Shown: positions 36,273-45,244 of the stretch, one piece after another
How the letters are laid out: each line of letters begins with the position of its first letter
Position numbering within the stretch: position 1 is the first letter of the stretch
Source of the DNA: Actinomycetota bacterium
GTDB taxonomy: Bacteria > Actinomycetota > Acidimicrobiia > Acidimicrobiales > Ilumatobacteraceae
Assembly: GCA_026393535.1 (NCBI GenBank)
Contig: JAPKZY010000107.1
Coordinates: forward strand, 781-64,780
Reading direction: 5' to 3'
DNA length: 64,000 bases
Made by a program: the position numbers and the translations under genes
Notes under the pieces: model-generated
Told to the model about the DNA's origin: nothing
The model's database searches: none
The model's input: only the letters and a program-made list of their open reading frames with translations

Positions 36273-37898
36273 ATGATTACTTGGAATTACGGAGTGATGT
36301 GGAAGGGGATTGCGAAAGCAGACCCGGCGCGTCCCGCACAGATGTTTGGTGATGCCGTGTATTCATGGGGCGACTTTTATCAGCGGTCCAACGCACTGGC
36401 CGCAGACATGTTGGTAGCGGGGCTCGGAAACCAAGCAAAGGTTGCTCATTATCTTTACAACTGTCCGGAATATCTTGAGGCAACATTTGCTTCGTACCTT
36501 GCCGGGTTTGTACCGGTCAATACGAACTATCGGTACGGCCCAGAAGAGATCACGTACCTGTTTGATAACTCTGACGCGGAAGCCGTGGTGTTTCATGCAG
36601 TCTTTGCAGATTTATGTGCGCAAGTTCGACCAGAGTTACCGAAAGTGAAGCGGTGGTACATGGTTCCAGATGAATCAGGAACAGCATTGCCATCGTGGGC
36701 GATTGATTACAACACGGTGGTCACTAAAACTGTTGCAGATATTGTTCCCCCAACACCATTGTCAGATGATGACATGCTCTTTTTGTATACGGGCGGCACC
36801 ACAGGTATGCCCAAAGGCGTTATGTGGCGTCAAGAAGATTTGCTTCAAGTACTTGGCCGAGGTGGCAATGCCATCACTGGTGTTGCTCCAGCAGATTCAA
36901 TGGATGAAGTCATCAGTCGTGTTCAGCCAGGAGGTGTCGGAATACGCACGCTCGTTGCTTGTCCACTCATGCACGGAACTGGACAATTTTCTGCGTTTAT
37001 CACCCTTGCAATGGGTGGATGCATCATCACAATGCCGAATCGAAATTTCGATCCAGCATTGCTGTGGCAAACAGTGCAAGATCGCGGCATCAACTCCATT
37101 GTGATTGTTGGTCAGGCTTTTGCTGGTCCGATGCTCGAGTCGCTTGATGCGAATCCCACACGGTGGAATCTTTCTAGCGTCGTACAGATGGGTTCATCTG
37201 GTGTTATGTGGAGCCAAGAGAATAAGAATGCTCTGCTTGAACACATTCCGCAAATGCTCATCACTGACAGCTTTGGCTCATCTGAAGCAGTTGGCATGGG
37301 AATGTCGGTAGCAGCCAAGGGTGCTGCGCCAAAGACTGCACAGTTTGCTCTTGGACCCAACTGTGTTGTGTTCACCGAAGACGGAAAGCGAGTGCAACCT
37401 GGATCTGGTGAAAGTGGATTAGTGGCTGTCGGTGGCGCCATTCCAGTCGGCTATTACAAAGATGAAGTTAAGACGGCTCAGACATTCCGTCAGTTCGAAG
37501 GCCGCCGTTGGACCGTGCCAGGCGACTGGGCAGAAGTTAATGAAGATGGCACTCTGCATCTCCTTGGTCGTGGTTCCGTTTGTATCAATACGGGCGGTGA
37601 AAAGGTATTCCCTGAAGAAGTGGAAGAAATGGTCAAAACCCATTCATCAGTTCGAGATGCAGTCGCAGTGGGCATTCCAGATACTCGATTCGGAGAAACT
37701 ATTTGTGTTGTCGTAGAAGCTGAGCCCGGAGAAACACCGACACTTGAAGTTCTGTCGGCGCACGTAAAGGCTCGACTCGCTGCGTATAAAGCACCGCGAA
37801 ATGTGGTTGTTGTGTCAACCATTGGTCGTGCACCAAACGGCAAGGTTGATTACAAGCGATTGAAGCAACACGCGATCGACACACTCGGCACAAAGTGA
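36273..37898 (+). CDS. Acyl-CoA synthetase (AMP-forming, ANL superfamily)
   Basis: It has the AMP-binding motif YTGGTTGMPKGV, and GDWAEVNEDGTLHLLGRGS...GGEKVFPEEVE. Confidence 0.9.
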   Translation: MITWNYGVMWKGIAKADPARPAQMFGDAVYSWGDFYQRSNALAADMLVAGLGNQAKVAHYLYNCPEYLEATFASYLAGFVPVNTNYRYGPEEITYLFDNSDAEAVVFHAVFADLCAQVRPELPKVKRWYMVPDESGTALPSWAIDYNTVVTKTVADIVPPTPLSDDDMLFLYTGGTTGMPKGVMWRQEDLLQVLGRGGNAITGVAPADSMDEVISRVQPGGVGIRTLVACPLMHGTGQFSAFITLAMGGCIITMPNRNFDPALLWQTVQDRGINSIVIVGQAFAGPMLESLDANPTRWNLSSVVQMGSSGVMWSQENKNALLEHIPQMLITDSFGSSEAVGMGMSVAAKGAAPKTAQFALGPNCVVFTEDGKRVQPGSGESGLVAVGGAIPVGYYKDEVKTAQTFRQFEGRRWTVPGDWAEVNEDGTLHLLGRGSVCINTGGEKVFPEEVEEMVKTHSSVRDAVAVGIPDTRFGETICVVVEAEPGETPTLEVLSAHVKARLAAYKAPRNVVVVSTIGRAPNGKVDYKRLKQHAIDTLGTK

Positions 37899-38755
37899 CT
37901 CACGCCGCCTCATTGCGTTCGCGCCTGTCTGGTGGCGAATCCGTATTGATGCCGGGCGTGTGGGATCCATTGTCTGCGCTTCTTGCAGAGCGCGCGGGTT
38001 TTCATACTGTATTTGTGTCGGGCTTTGCTGTTGCCGGAACGCTCTTGGGAGAACCAGATATCGGCATTGTTGATCAAGCGAATATGGCAGACGTTGCGAG
38101 GCGCGTATGTGCTGCGGTGCCCAACATGTGTGTAGTGGTGGATGCAGACACGGGGTACGGCGATGAGCGAGATGTTCAAATAACTACCGAGTTATGGGAA
38201 TCGGCTGGCGCGAGTGGAATGTTCTTGGAAGATCAAGTCTGGCCAAAGAAATGCGGTCACATGGATGGAAAGCAAGTAATTCCGACGCAAGAGTGGTTGG
38301 CAAAGTTGACAACCGTAATGCGAACCCGTTCGGATATTTTCGTCACGGCGCGTACAGATGCTCGCGCGGTGAACGGTGTAACTGACGCGTTAGAGCGTGG
38401 TCGCATGGCCCGCGACCTTGGAGTCGATGCCGTGTTCGTCGAGGCTCCACAATCGCTTTCTGAATTGGACGAGATCGCTGCGGCACTTCCTGATGTAGTC
38501 CTGGTGGCAAACATGGTGGAAAAGGGAAAGACGCCCCTGTTGACCCCATCTGAATTGGCTGACAGAGGGTTTACGCTCATCGTGTCCCCACTGTCGGGCC
38601 TTCTGTCTATGACCAAGGCTTTAGGTGATGCATACGGTCGACTGCAGTCATTTGGCACTTTGAGAGACCATCTCGGGACCATTACGGCATTCGATGAGTT
38701 CACCGACATTGTCGGTCTACCAAAACACCTCGCTAACGACGCCGAACACCGCTAG
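37895..38755 (+). CDS. Isocitrate lyase / PEP mutase superfamily enzyme (methylisocitrate lyase or carboxyvinyl-carboxyphosphonate phosphorylmutase-like)
   Basis: It contains MPGVWDPLSALLAERAGF, DADTGYG and EDQVWPKKCGH. It overlaps the acyl-CoA synthetase gene by 4 nt. Confidence 0.85.
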   Translation: MTHAASLRSRLSGGESVLMPGVWDPLSALLAERAGFHTVFVSGFAVAGTLLGEPDIGIVDQANMADVARRVCAAVPNMCVVVDADTGYGDERDVQITTELWESAGASGMFLEDQVWPKKCGHMDGKQVIPTQEWLAKLTTVMRTRSDIFVTARTDARAVNGVTDALERGRMARDLGVDAVFVEAPQSLSELDEIAAALPDVVLVANMVEKGKTPLLTPSELADRGFTLIVSPLSGLLSMTKALGDAYGRLQSFGTLRDHLGTITAFDEFTDIVGLPKHLANDAEHR

Positions 38756-38762
38756 TCTCAAT

Positions 38763-38845
38763 CTCACATTAAGAGAGACCAATTGGTCCGGCAACCGGGG
38801 TGACAAGCGCACGGTGCCTCCTCATCGAAAGGTGAGGGATGTGGT
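38763..38845 (+). promoter_or_regulatory. SAM-I-clan (SAM-I / SAM-IV / SAM-I/IV-like) riboswitch aptamer candidate in the metX leader
   Basis: P1 pairs CACAT (38765-69) with ATGTG (38839-43). The junction is AAGAGAG (38771-77). A short P2 pairs GACC with GGTC across an AATT loop (38777-88). The P3 signature has CGGCAACC (38789-96) and GGTGCC (38813-18). P4 pairs CCTCATC with GGTGAGG across a GAAA loop (38820-37). Confidence 0.55.
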
Positions 38846-38919
38846 TCCGCAATCCAGCGGAGCAACAGGTCAGAAGTCTTTCTTTCGTACACATATTTTG
38901 TACCAGCGAAAGGGGACAC

Positions 38920-40107
38920 ATGAACGAGCCATACCGTCATGACCCTGCGCCGTATCCAGCCTCTGGCGGATGGACTCCTGATCAACCTGCTGGTCATCGT
39001 CAGTTTCACCAGTTTGCGCAAACACGCCCTTTCTCTCTTGAAGGCGGTGGATCCTTGCGCGATGTCACGATTGCATACGAGACATGGGGCACTTTGAATG
39101 AGGACGCCTCTAATGCAATCCTCGTGTGTCATGCATGGACGGGCGATAGTCATGTAGCTGGTTCTGCTGGCAAAGGTCATGCAACACCCGGTTGGTGGGA
39201 AGGTGTCGTTGGTCCTGGGAATGCTATTGATACCAACAAATATTTCGTTGTGTGTTCGAACGTGCTGGGCGGATGTCAAGGTTCAACAGGTCCTGCATCG
39301 CCGCATCCTGACGATGGCGAACCGTACGGACTTCGCTTTCCTGTTGTCACAATTCGAGACATGGTGCGTGCGCAGGCTTCTCTTGCTGACGCACTCGGAG
39401 TTAACATTTGGCGAGCAGTTGTTGGTGGCTCCATGGGCGGCATGCAGGCTCTTGAGTGGGCAATTACGTTTCCTACTCGTGTGCGGGCGCTGATCGCAGT
39501 TGCCACGTGCGCCGAGGCTAGTGCGCAACAAATCGCATGGGGCTCTATTGGGCGTCGTGCATTGCTGATGGACCCGGCGTATCAGAACGGTGACTATTAC
39601 AACGCAGGACCAGACGGCGGCCCATGGAATGGCTTTTCGGTGGCGCGCATGATTGCCCAAGTGACTTTCAGAACAGATTCAAAATTCAATGAGAAGTTTG
39701 GTCGGCAATTGAAAGATCAGAATTTCAACTCCGACGGCATTGATCTATTCTCACGCTTTGAAGTAGAGGGGTATCTCGATCATCACGGTGACCGATTGGT
39801 GCGTCGATTTGACGCAAATAGCTATTTGTACATTGGTAAAGCCATGGACCTTCATGACATTGGTCGTGGCCGTGGCGGCCTCGAAGCTGCGTTGGCTCGG
39901 ATCAAGGCGCCCACTCTGACCGTCAGCATTGACTCAGATATCTTGTATCCCGCATACCAACAAGAACTGATTCAATCTCACTTGACGAATAACGATCCGC
40001 GCAATGCGCACAAAGAGATACAGAGCGTCGAAGGTCACGATGGCTTCCTCATCGAAGTTGTGGCTGTGGGCCGACATATTTCTGAATTTCTCACTGCCAC
40101 TCAATAA
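38920..40107 (+). CDS. metX: Homoserine O-acetyltransferase
   Basis: It contains CHAWTGDSHVAG, GPGNAIDTNKYFVVCSNVLGGCQGSTGP and GGSMGGMQALEW (nucleophile elbow). The ATG at 38920 is preceded by GAAAGGGGA. The track start at 38839 falls inside the riboswitch-like element. Confidence 0.9.
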   Translation: MNEPYRHDPAPYPASGGWTPDQPAGHRQFHQFAQTRPFSLEGGGSLRDVTIAYETWGTLNEDASNAILVCHAWTGDSHVAGSAGKGHATPGWWEGVVGPGNAIDTNKYFVVCSNVLGGCQGSTGPASPHPDDGEPYGLRFPVVTIRDMVRAQASLADALGVNIWRAVVGGSMGGMQALEWAITFPTRVRALIAVATCAEASAQQIAWGSIGRRALLMDPAYQNGDYYNAGPDGGPWNGFSVARMIAQVTFRTDSKFNEKFGRQLKDQNFNSDGIDLFSRFEVEGYLDHHGDRLVRRFDANSYLYIGKAMDLHDIGRGRGGLEAALARIKAPTLTVSIDSDILYPAYQQELIQSHLTNNDPRNAHKEIQSVEGHDGFLIEVVAVGRHISEFLTATQ

Positions 40108-40157
40108 TTTCTTCCTTTATACGTGGAGACGCGTATAAAGCACGAACGCGTGAAAGA

Positions 40158-40556
40158 ATGGGAACCGTGGCTATTGGACTACTTCTCGCATCGAAATTGT
40201 CGGTCAATCTGATCGGCGGGGGACTAGTCATCCTTGGCCTCACTCTCCTGGTTGCAACGTTGGCCTTCTGGCGATCAGCCATTGAAGATTCAGCTGTATT
40301 GGCACCTCTTGAGATCATGGCTGACAGATCCTTTGCGCGAGCTGATCAAGCAAAGAGAACAGAAATGCTGAATGACGTTCGAACAGATGGTGCTGAACCG
40401 ATCATCCATCACATTGCACCAGCCGTTCTGATGCGTGAGCCGATCTCGGAACCTCAAAAACCGTTCCATGATTCATACCCACACGAAGATGATGCAGTCG
40501 ATGTTCTGCCTTCCATCATTGACCCTCTTCTCATTCAACAAAAAAACAAGGAGTAA
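40158..40556 (+). CDS. Hypothetical membrane protein (132 aa)
   Basis: Two predicted N-terminal TM helices (VAIGLLLASKLSV..., GGLVILGLTLLVATLAFW) are followed by a polar tail. I recognise no family. Confidence 0.4.
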   Translation: MGTVAIGLLLASKLSVNLIGGGLVILGLTLLVATLAFWRSAIEDSAVLAPLEIMADRSFARADQAKRTEMLNDVRTDGAEPIIHHIAPAVLMREPISEPQKPFHDSYPHEDDAVDVLPSIIDPLLIQQKNKE

Positions 40557-40559
40557 GCC

Positions 40560-40781
40560 ATGGCTGCATTTGATCCAAACGAAATGATTACGCGTTTTCG
40601 CGACAGGGCAACGGCGGTGCGTAAACGCCCATTACCGCCAATTGCCGGTGAAGAACGTCAACTGTTCATCGCAAACTCTGAAACTGATTTCCGCGATTTT
40701 GCAATCATTGGCGATGCAGTTGCTTCGCTGGAAGATGGGATTCTTACTCTTCGTATTGATTTGAATCCACCTTCGAAGTGA
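40560..40781 (+). CDS. Hypothetical small protein (73 aa)
   Basis: The ORF starts 3 nt after the previous stop and overlaps the next gene by 4 nt, so it looks operon-embedded. I recognise no family. Confidence 0.4.
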   Translation: MAAFDPNEMITRFRDRATAVRKRPLPPIAGEERQLFIANSETDFRDFAIIGDAVASLEDGILTLRIDLNPPSK

Positions 40782-41707
40782 CCTCAATTGACGCTTCGGC
40801 GAAAAGTTCCTTTCGCAGTCGCGACGACATCCATGTTCTCGCTGCAATTCTTGCGGTGACGGCGTGGGGTATCGGCCCCATCTTCAATAAGGCACTTTCT
40901 GTCAGCACATCAAGCATTGTGTTCTACCGAATGCTGTTCGGTCTTCCCATCATGGTGGGAATGGCATATCTGAATGGTGGCAGTCTGAACAAACACGTGA
41001 TTCGAAAGGCTGCATTGCCCGGCTTTATGTTTGCGATGTCCTTCATCACAGGTTTCGCCACCGTCAAGATGACCTCGATAGCGAATGCCACAATGGTCGG
41101 GACTTTGCAGCCAGTACTTGTTTTATTTGTGGCTCCGAAATTATTCGGTGAAAAAATTACGAAGCGAAAACTTCTGTATTCGGTTAGTGCAATGGCTGGA
41201 GTTCTGGTGGTCGTGATGGCTGCAGCATCAACGAGTGGTGCTCATCTCAATGGCGACCTTCTGGCAGTACTCAATGTATTTATCTGGACCACATACTTCG
41301 TGATGTCAAAGAAGAGACGAGACGAAGGTATTCATTCTTGGTCGTTCATTGCGGCTGTGTTTTTTTGTGCGTCGATTATTGTTTTGCCATATGGCGCAAT
41401 CACCAGCAATGACCTCGGATCCATGCATGTCAGCGATTGGTGGTACATCATTGGAATGGCACTGGGACCAGGCGTCATTGGTCACGGAATGATGACATGG
41501 GCACAAGGGCACATCGATGTGTCGCTCGCCAGCCTGCTCGGACTCATTAGTCCGGTCATCTCATCAATTTTGGCGTGGTTTTTCTTTCAACAATCTCTCA
41601 CTCCGTTGCAATTGCTTGGCGGGGTCATTGTCCTTGCGTCCCTGACGGCTCTCGTGCGTTTGCAGGGCAAGATGAGCGCTGAAACGCTTGTGGTGCACGA
41701 GACGTAA
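40778..41707 (+). CDS. EamA/DMT-superfamily transporter
   Basis: It has about 10 TM segments in two EamA-like halves, the typical length and pattern. Confidence 0.75.
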   Translation: MTSIDASAKSSFRSRDDIHVLAAILAVTAWGIGPIFNKALSVSTSSIVFYRMLFGLPIMVGMAYLNGGSLNKHVIRKAALPGFMFAMSFITGFATVKMTSIANATMVGTLQPVLVLFVAPKLFGEKITKRKLLYSVSAMAGVLVVVMAAASTSGAHLNGDLLAVLNVFIWTTYFVMSKKRRDEGIHSWSFIAAVFFCASIIVLPYGAITSNDLGSMHVSDWWYIIGMALGPGVIGHGMMTWAQGHIDVSLASLLGLISPVISSILAWFFFQQSLTPLQLLGGVIVLASLTALVRLQGKMSAETLVVHET

Positions 41708-41751
41708 GGCAAGTGGCACCTCGGTTCAATCTCGCTATGCTGTAGTTCCAC

Positions 41752-41826
41752 GCGGATGTGGCTCAGTGGTAGAGCATCACCTTGCCAAGGTGAGGGTCGC
41801 GGGTTCGAATCCCGTCATCCGCTCCA
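41752..41826 (+). tRNA. tRNA-Gly (anticodon GCC)
   Basis: The sequence is GCGGATGTGGCTCAGTGGTAGAGCATCACCTTGCCAAGGTGAGGGTCGCGGGTTCGAATCCCGTCATCCGCTCCA. It has a perfect acceptor stem, anticodon loop TTGCCAA, T-loop TTCGAAT and an encoded CCA. Confidence 0.95.
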
Positions 41827-41834
41827 TAGATATG

Positions 41835-41855
41835 GGCCCCCTTCTTTTGGGGGCC
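41835..41855 (+). terminator. Terminator-like hairpin after tRNA-Gly
   Basis: GGCCCCC-TTCTTTT-GGGGGCC is followed by TTTG. Confidence 0.5.
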
Positions 41856-41880
41856 TTTGTCGTATCTGAAGGGGGTTCAG

Positions 41881-42816
41881 ATGATTCAGTTTGGTGTGCA
41901 CGTAGGGGCTCAGAATGCCACTGTTGATGAATTGCGTACATTGTGGAAGTGGCTAGATGAAGCTGGCAGCGATTGGATCTCGCTCTGGGATCACTTGTAC
42001 GAAGCGCCACCTGCTGGCGGCACTCAGCCCCATTTCGAAGCGTTTTCCATGTTGGGCGCATTGGCAGTGGACACCAGTCGCGCGCGCATTGGTTGCTTAG
42101 TGTTCTGTTCGCAGTATCGCAACATCGGCGTGTTGATGAAGGGTGCGATCTCTGTTGATCATTTATCTAACGGCCGATTCGAATTGGGTATGGGAAGCGG
42201 TTGGCACGACCAGGAGGCCACAGCGTTTGGAATCGATTTCCCTTCGCAAGGGCAACGCTTCAAAGTTCTTGAAGGACAATTGCAAGCAATCAATAAATGG
42301 AAAGCAGGCGAGCGCGTTACTCAGTCAACGCCTGGTGTTGAATTGCGCGATGCATCAATGGTGCCCGGAATTCGCGGCCGTATGCCATTGTGGATCGGCG
42401 GACTCGGACCAAAGCAAACGTTGCGAATGGCAGGTGCCTATGCAGATGGTTGGAATGCGGCGTATGCAAGCCCATCGCAATACAAGGAACTCAATGGAAT
42501 TCTTGATGACTGGTGCGCGACAGCAGGACGTGAGCCATCTGCAGTGGAACGCAGTATCAATTTGTCGTTCGGATTAAGTACAGAAGATGTGGGCGTTGTG
42601 AAAGATCAACTGCGTACACAATGGGGAGCTGCTGCTGACCGCATCATTGCCGGTTCCTTACTCGGGCGGCCTGAAGACGTTATGGAACAAATTGCGCCCT
42701 TTGTCGAAGCAGGTGCACAACTCATCAATATTGCAATTCGTCCGCCATGGGATCAAGATCTCCTTGCAGAATATTTTCGGACGATTGTTCCGATGATGAA
42801 GAAGGAATGGTCCTAG
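41881..42816 (+). CDS. LLM-class (luciferase-like) flavin/F420-dependent oxidoreductase
   Basis: MIQFGVHVG...SLWDHLY...GRFELGMGSGW is typical of LLM proteins. The ATG at 41881 is preceded by GAAGGGGG. Confidence 0.8.
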   Translation: MIQFGVHVGAQNATVDELRTLWKWLDEAGSDWISLWDHLYEAPPAGGTQPHFEAFSMLGALAVDTSRARIGCLVFCSQYRNIGVLMKGAISVDHLSNGRFELGMGSGWHDQEATAFGIDFPSQGQRFKVLEGQLQAINKWKAGERVTQSTPGVELRDASMVPGIRGRMPLWIGGLGPKQTLRMAGAYADGWNAAYASPSQYKELNGILDDWCATAGREPSAVERSINLSFGLSTEDVGVVKDQLRTQWGAAADRIIAGSLLGRPEDVMEQIAPFVEAGAQLINIAIRPPWDQDLLAEYFRTIVPMMKKEWS

Positions 42817-42825
42817 TATTCGCCT

Positions 42826-43575
42826 ATGAAAATAGGTGTACAACTTCATCCACAAGCAACCACAGTTAAGGCCATGCGCGAGTCGTGGCGCGCAGCAGAT
42901 GCAATGGGTGTTGACTCGCTGTGGGTGTGGGATCATTTCTACCCGCTCTACGGAGACCCAGAAGCACCTCACTTCGAGGCGTACACATTGCTTGCTGCAA
43001 TGGCGGCTGATACTTCACACGCAACCGTTGGTGCATTGGTCACATGTTTTACGTATCGCAATGCACAATTGCTTGCGGATATGTCTCGCACTATTGATCA
43101 CATTTCTGATGGTCGATTTATTCTCGGAATTGGTTCAGGCTGGTTCGAACGTGACTACACCGAGTACGGATACGAATTCGGTACAGCCCCAGAGCGCCTG
43201 AAACTTCTTGCTGCAGGTATCCCTGTCATTAAGGAACGCCTATCGAAGTTGACTCCTGGACCAGTGAACGGTCACATTCCATTGATGATTGGCGGAAGCG
43301 GAGAAAAGGTCACATTGAAATTGACCGCGCAACATGCAGATGCTCATAACGCCTTCGGACCTGTTGATAATTTCCGTCACAAGATGGAAGTACTCGATCA
43401 GTGGTGCGAGAAGCTGGGCCGCAACCCTCGTGAAATCGAGCGAACAGTCGGAATCAACGCCAAAGACCTGGTTGATGCAGCCGCCTACGAAGAAGCTGGC
43501 GCTGACCATCTCATTGTTATGACTGGGTCCCCCTTTGATCTGGAGCCAGTCGAAAAGTACTTGGCACAACGCTAA
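42826..43575 (+). CDS. LLM-class flavin/F420-dependent oxidoreductase (short form)
   Basis: It contains MKIGVQLHPQ...SLWVWDHFYP...GRFILGIGSGW and is a paralogue of the preceding gene. Confidence 0.75.
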   Translation: MKIGVQLHPQATTVKAMRESWRAADAMGVDSLWVWDHFYPLYGDPEAPHFEAYTLLAAMAADTSHATVGALVTCFTYRNAQLLADMSRTIDHISDGRFILGIGSGWFERDYTEYGYEFGTAPERLKLLAAGIPVIKERLSKLTPGPVNGHIPLMIGGSGEKVTLKLTAQHADAHNAFGPVDNFRHKMEVLDQWCEKLGRNPREIERTVGINAKDLVDAAAYEEAGADHLIVMTGSPFDLEPVEKYLAQR

Positions 43576-43646
43576 GAGACTCCGACATTCTGGGCATTCG
43601 TTTCTGCGACTACGGTTCGATGTAATCCGAATGTGCCGGGGGGCGT

Positions 43647-44450
43647 ATGAATTTAGAGACAGTGTTGTATGACGTTCGCGATGGTGTTGCCACCATTACG
43701 TTAAATCGTCCAGAGGCCATGAACGCATGGACACCACAACTCAGCGATGAGTTGTCATTAGCGATGGGTGCAGCCGACGCTGATGATGCCGTGCGTGTTG
43801 TCGTGTTAACGGGAGCAGGTAAAGCCTTTTGTGCTGGAGCCGATTTAAGTGCAGGCGAAAGCGGATTCCTTGCAGGTGGCCGAAGTGTCCAAGGTGGTCC
43901 ACGTCTCATGCCGTACAAAGTGCGCAAGCCCGTTATTGCAGCCATTAACGGACACGCTGTTGGTGTGGGTATCACGTATCCGATGTTGTGTGATATTCGC
44001 ATCGTGTCTGAGACCGCAAAGATTCAATATGCCATGGTGCGACGTGGAATCTTGCCAGAGCTTGGCTCGCACGTGTTGTTGCCACGAGTAATCGGGTTTT
44101 CTCGCGCAGCTGATTTGTTACTTACAGGTCGGCTCATCATGGGCACCGAGGCTGCGGAAATGGGGCTCGCATCTCGTGCAGTTCCGGCAGACCAAGTACT
44201 GGCAGTAGCAACAGAAATGGCACGAGATATTGCCATCAATGTGTCGCCCGTTTCAGCCGCACTAGCAAAACAGTTGATGTGGGACGGAATGAACACAAGC
44301 GTTGACAACATGATTGCGACTGAAGGCAAGTTACTGCCTGGTCTCGCTGCAGCCCCCGATTCCGCAGAAGGGGTGCGAGCATTTTTCGAAAAGCGTGTTC
44401 CGCTGTGGCGTTCTCGGGTCTCGTCTGACATTCCCGTTATCCCGAAGTAA
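43647..44450 (+). CDS. Enoyl-CoA hydratase/isomerase (crotonase) family protein
   Basis: It contains ITLNRPEAMNA, GAGKAFCAGADL and AAINGHAVGVG. Confidence 0.9.
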   Translation: MNLETVLYDVRDGVATITLNRPEAMNAWTPQLSDELSLAMGAADADDAVRVVVLTGAGKAFCAGADLSAGESGFLAGGRSVQGGPRLMPYKVRKPVIAAINGHAVGVGITYPMLCDIRIVSETAKIQYAMVRRGILPELGSHVLLPRVIGFSRAADLLLTGRLIMGTEAAEMGLASRAVPADQVLAVATEMARDIAINVSPVSAALAKQLMWDGMNTSVDNMIATEGKLLPGLAAAPDSAEGVRAFFEKRVPLWRSRVSSDIPVIPK

Positions 44451-44459
44451 GGTTCAGAT

Positions 44460-45236
44460 ATGCAAACAGCTCACATCAACGGTATCGATCTCGCTTTTCA
44501 AGATTCAGGCGGCAAAGGTCCAGTCGTCATTCTCAGCCATGGCTTCCTCATGGATCACACAATGTTCGATGCGCAAGTGGCTGCACTGAAATCGACACAT
44601 CGCGTGATCACGTGGGACGAACGTGGATTCGGCGGAACATTGGCTACCGGCGATTTCACTTACTGGGATTCTGCGAACGACGTTCTTGGCTTGATGGATC
44701 ATCTCGGCATTGAATCTGCGGTCATTGGCGGAATGTCGCAAGGTGGGTTCTTGTCGCTTCGTGTTGCACTTACTGCTCCGTCGAGAGTCAAGGCTTTGAT
44801 ACTTCTTGACACGCAAGCCGGCACAGAAGACCCTGCAACTGTCGAGCCATACAACCAATTGCACGCAGCATGGGTAGAACATGGTGCCGTTGCTGTGCAA
44901 GATGTCATTGCAAGTCTGATTCTCGGCCCTGGCGAGTGGCCCGAATGGTTTGCCAAATGGGGCGCTATGGTGCCAGACCAATTCACAAAGGCATTTAATT
45001 GTCTGATGCATCGTGATGACATCACTGAACGTCTGGGTGAGATTACGTGCCCCGCGCTCATCGTGCACGGAACTGCAGACGTGGCTATTTCGATGGAAAA
45101 AGCCGAGGTGCTACGCGACCGTATCGCCGGCCCCACCACATTGGTACCTATTGACGGCGGTCCTCATGCTGCAAACATGACCCATTCTGAGCCCGTGAAC
45201 AAGGCCATCGTCCAGTTCTTGGCGGCACTCGACTAA
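44460..45236 (+). CDS. Alpha/beta-fold hydrolase
   Basis: It contains HGFLMD, the nucleophile elbow GGMSQGG, and a C-terminal GPHAANMTH. Confidence 0.85.
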   Translation: MQTAHINGIDLAFQDSGGKGPVVILSHGFLMDHTMFDAQVAALKSTHRVITWDERGFGGTLATGDFTYWDSANDVLGLMDHLGIESAVIGGMSQGGFLSLRVALTAPSRVKALILLDTQAGTEDPATVEPYNQLHAAWVEHGAVAVQDVIASLILGPGEWPEWFAKWGAMVPDQFTKAFNCLMHRDDITERLGEITCPALIVHGTADVAISMEKAEVLRDRIAGPTTLVPIDGGPHAANMTHSEPVNKAIVQFLAALD

Positions 45237-45244
45237 CTGAAAGA

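Noticed and set aside
38839-38919. The ATG at 38839, given in the ORF track as the metX start (MWFRNPAEQQ...)
   Set aside because: This ATG is itself the 3' strand of the proposed riboswitch P1 helix. The extra 27 residues do not resemble MetX N-termini, and ATG 38920 has a strong GAAAGGGGA SD.
41752-43600. An integrated mobile element or genomic island at the tRNA-Gly or tRNA-Pro loci
   Set aside because: No integrase, excisionase, transposase or direct repeat of the tRNA 3' end is visible downstream of either tRNA. The flanking genes are ordinary metabolic genes.
43576-43646. An imperfect inverted repeat, GGCATTCG ... CGAATGTGCC, upstream of the enoyl-CoA hydratase gene, considered as a possible operator
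   Set aside because: The arms are short and interrupted, and no regulator gene is adjacent. Pairing of this quality is expected by chance in a 70-nt spacer.
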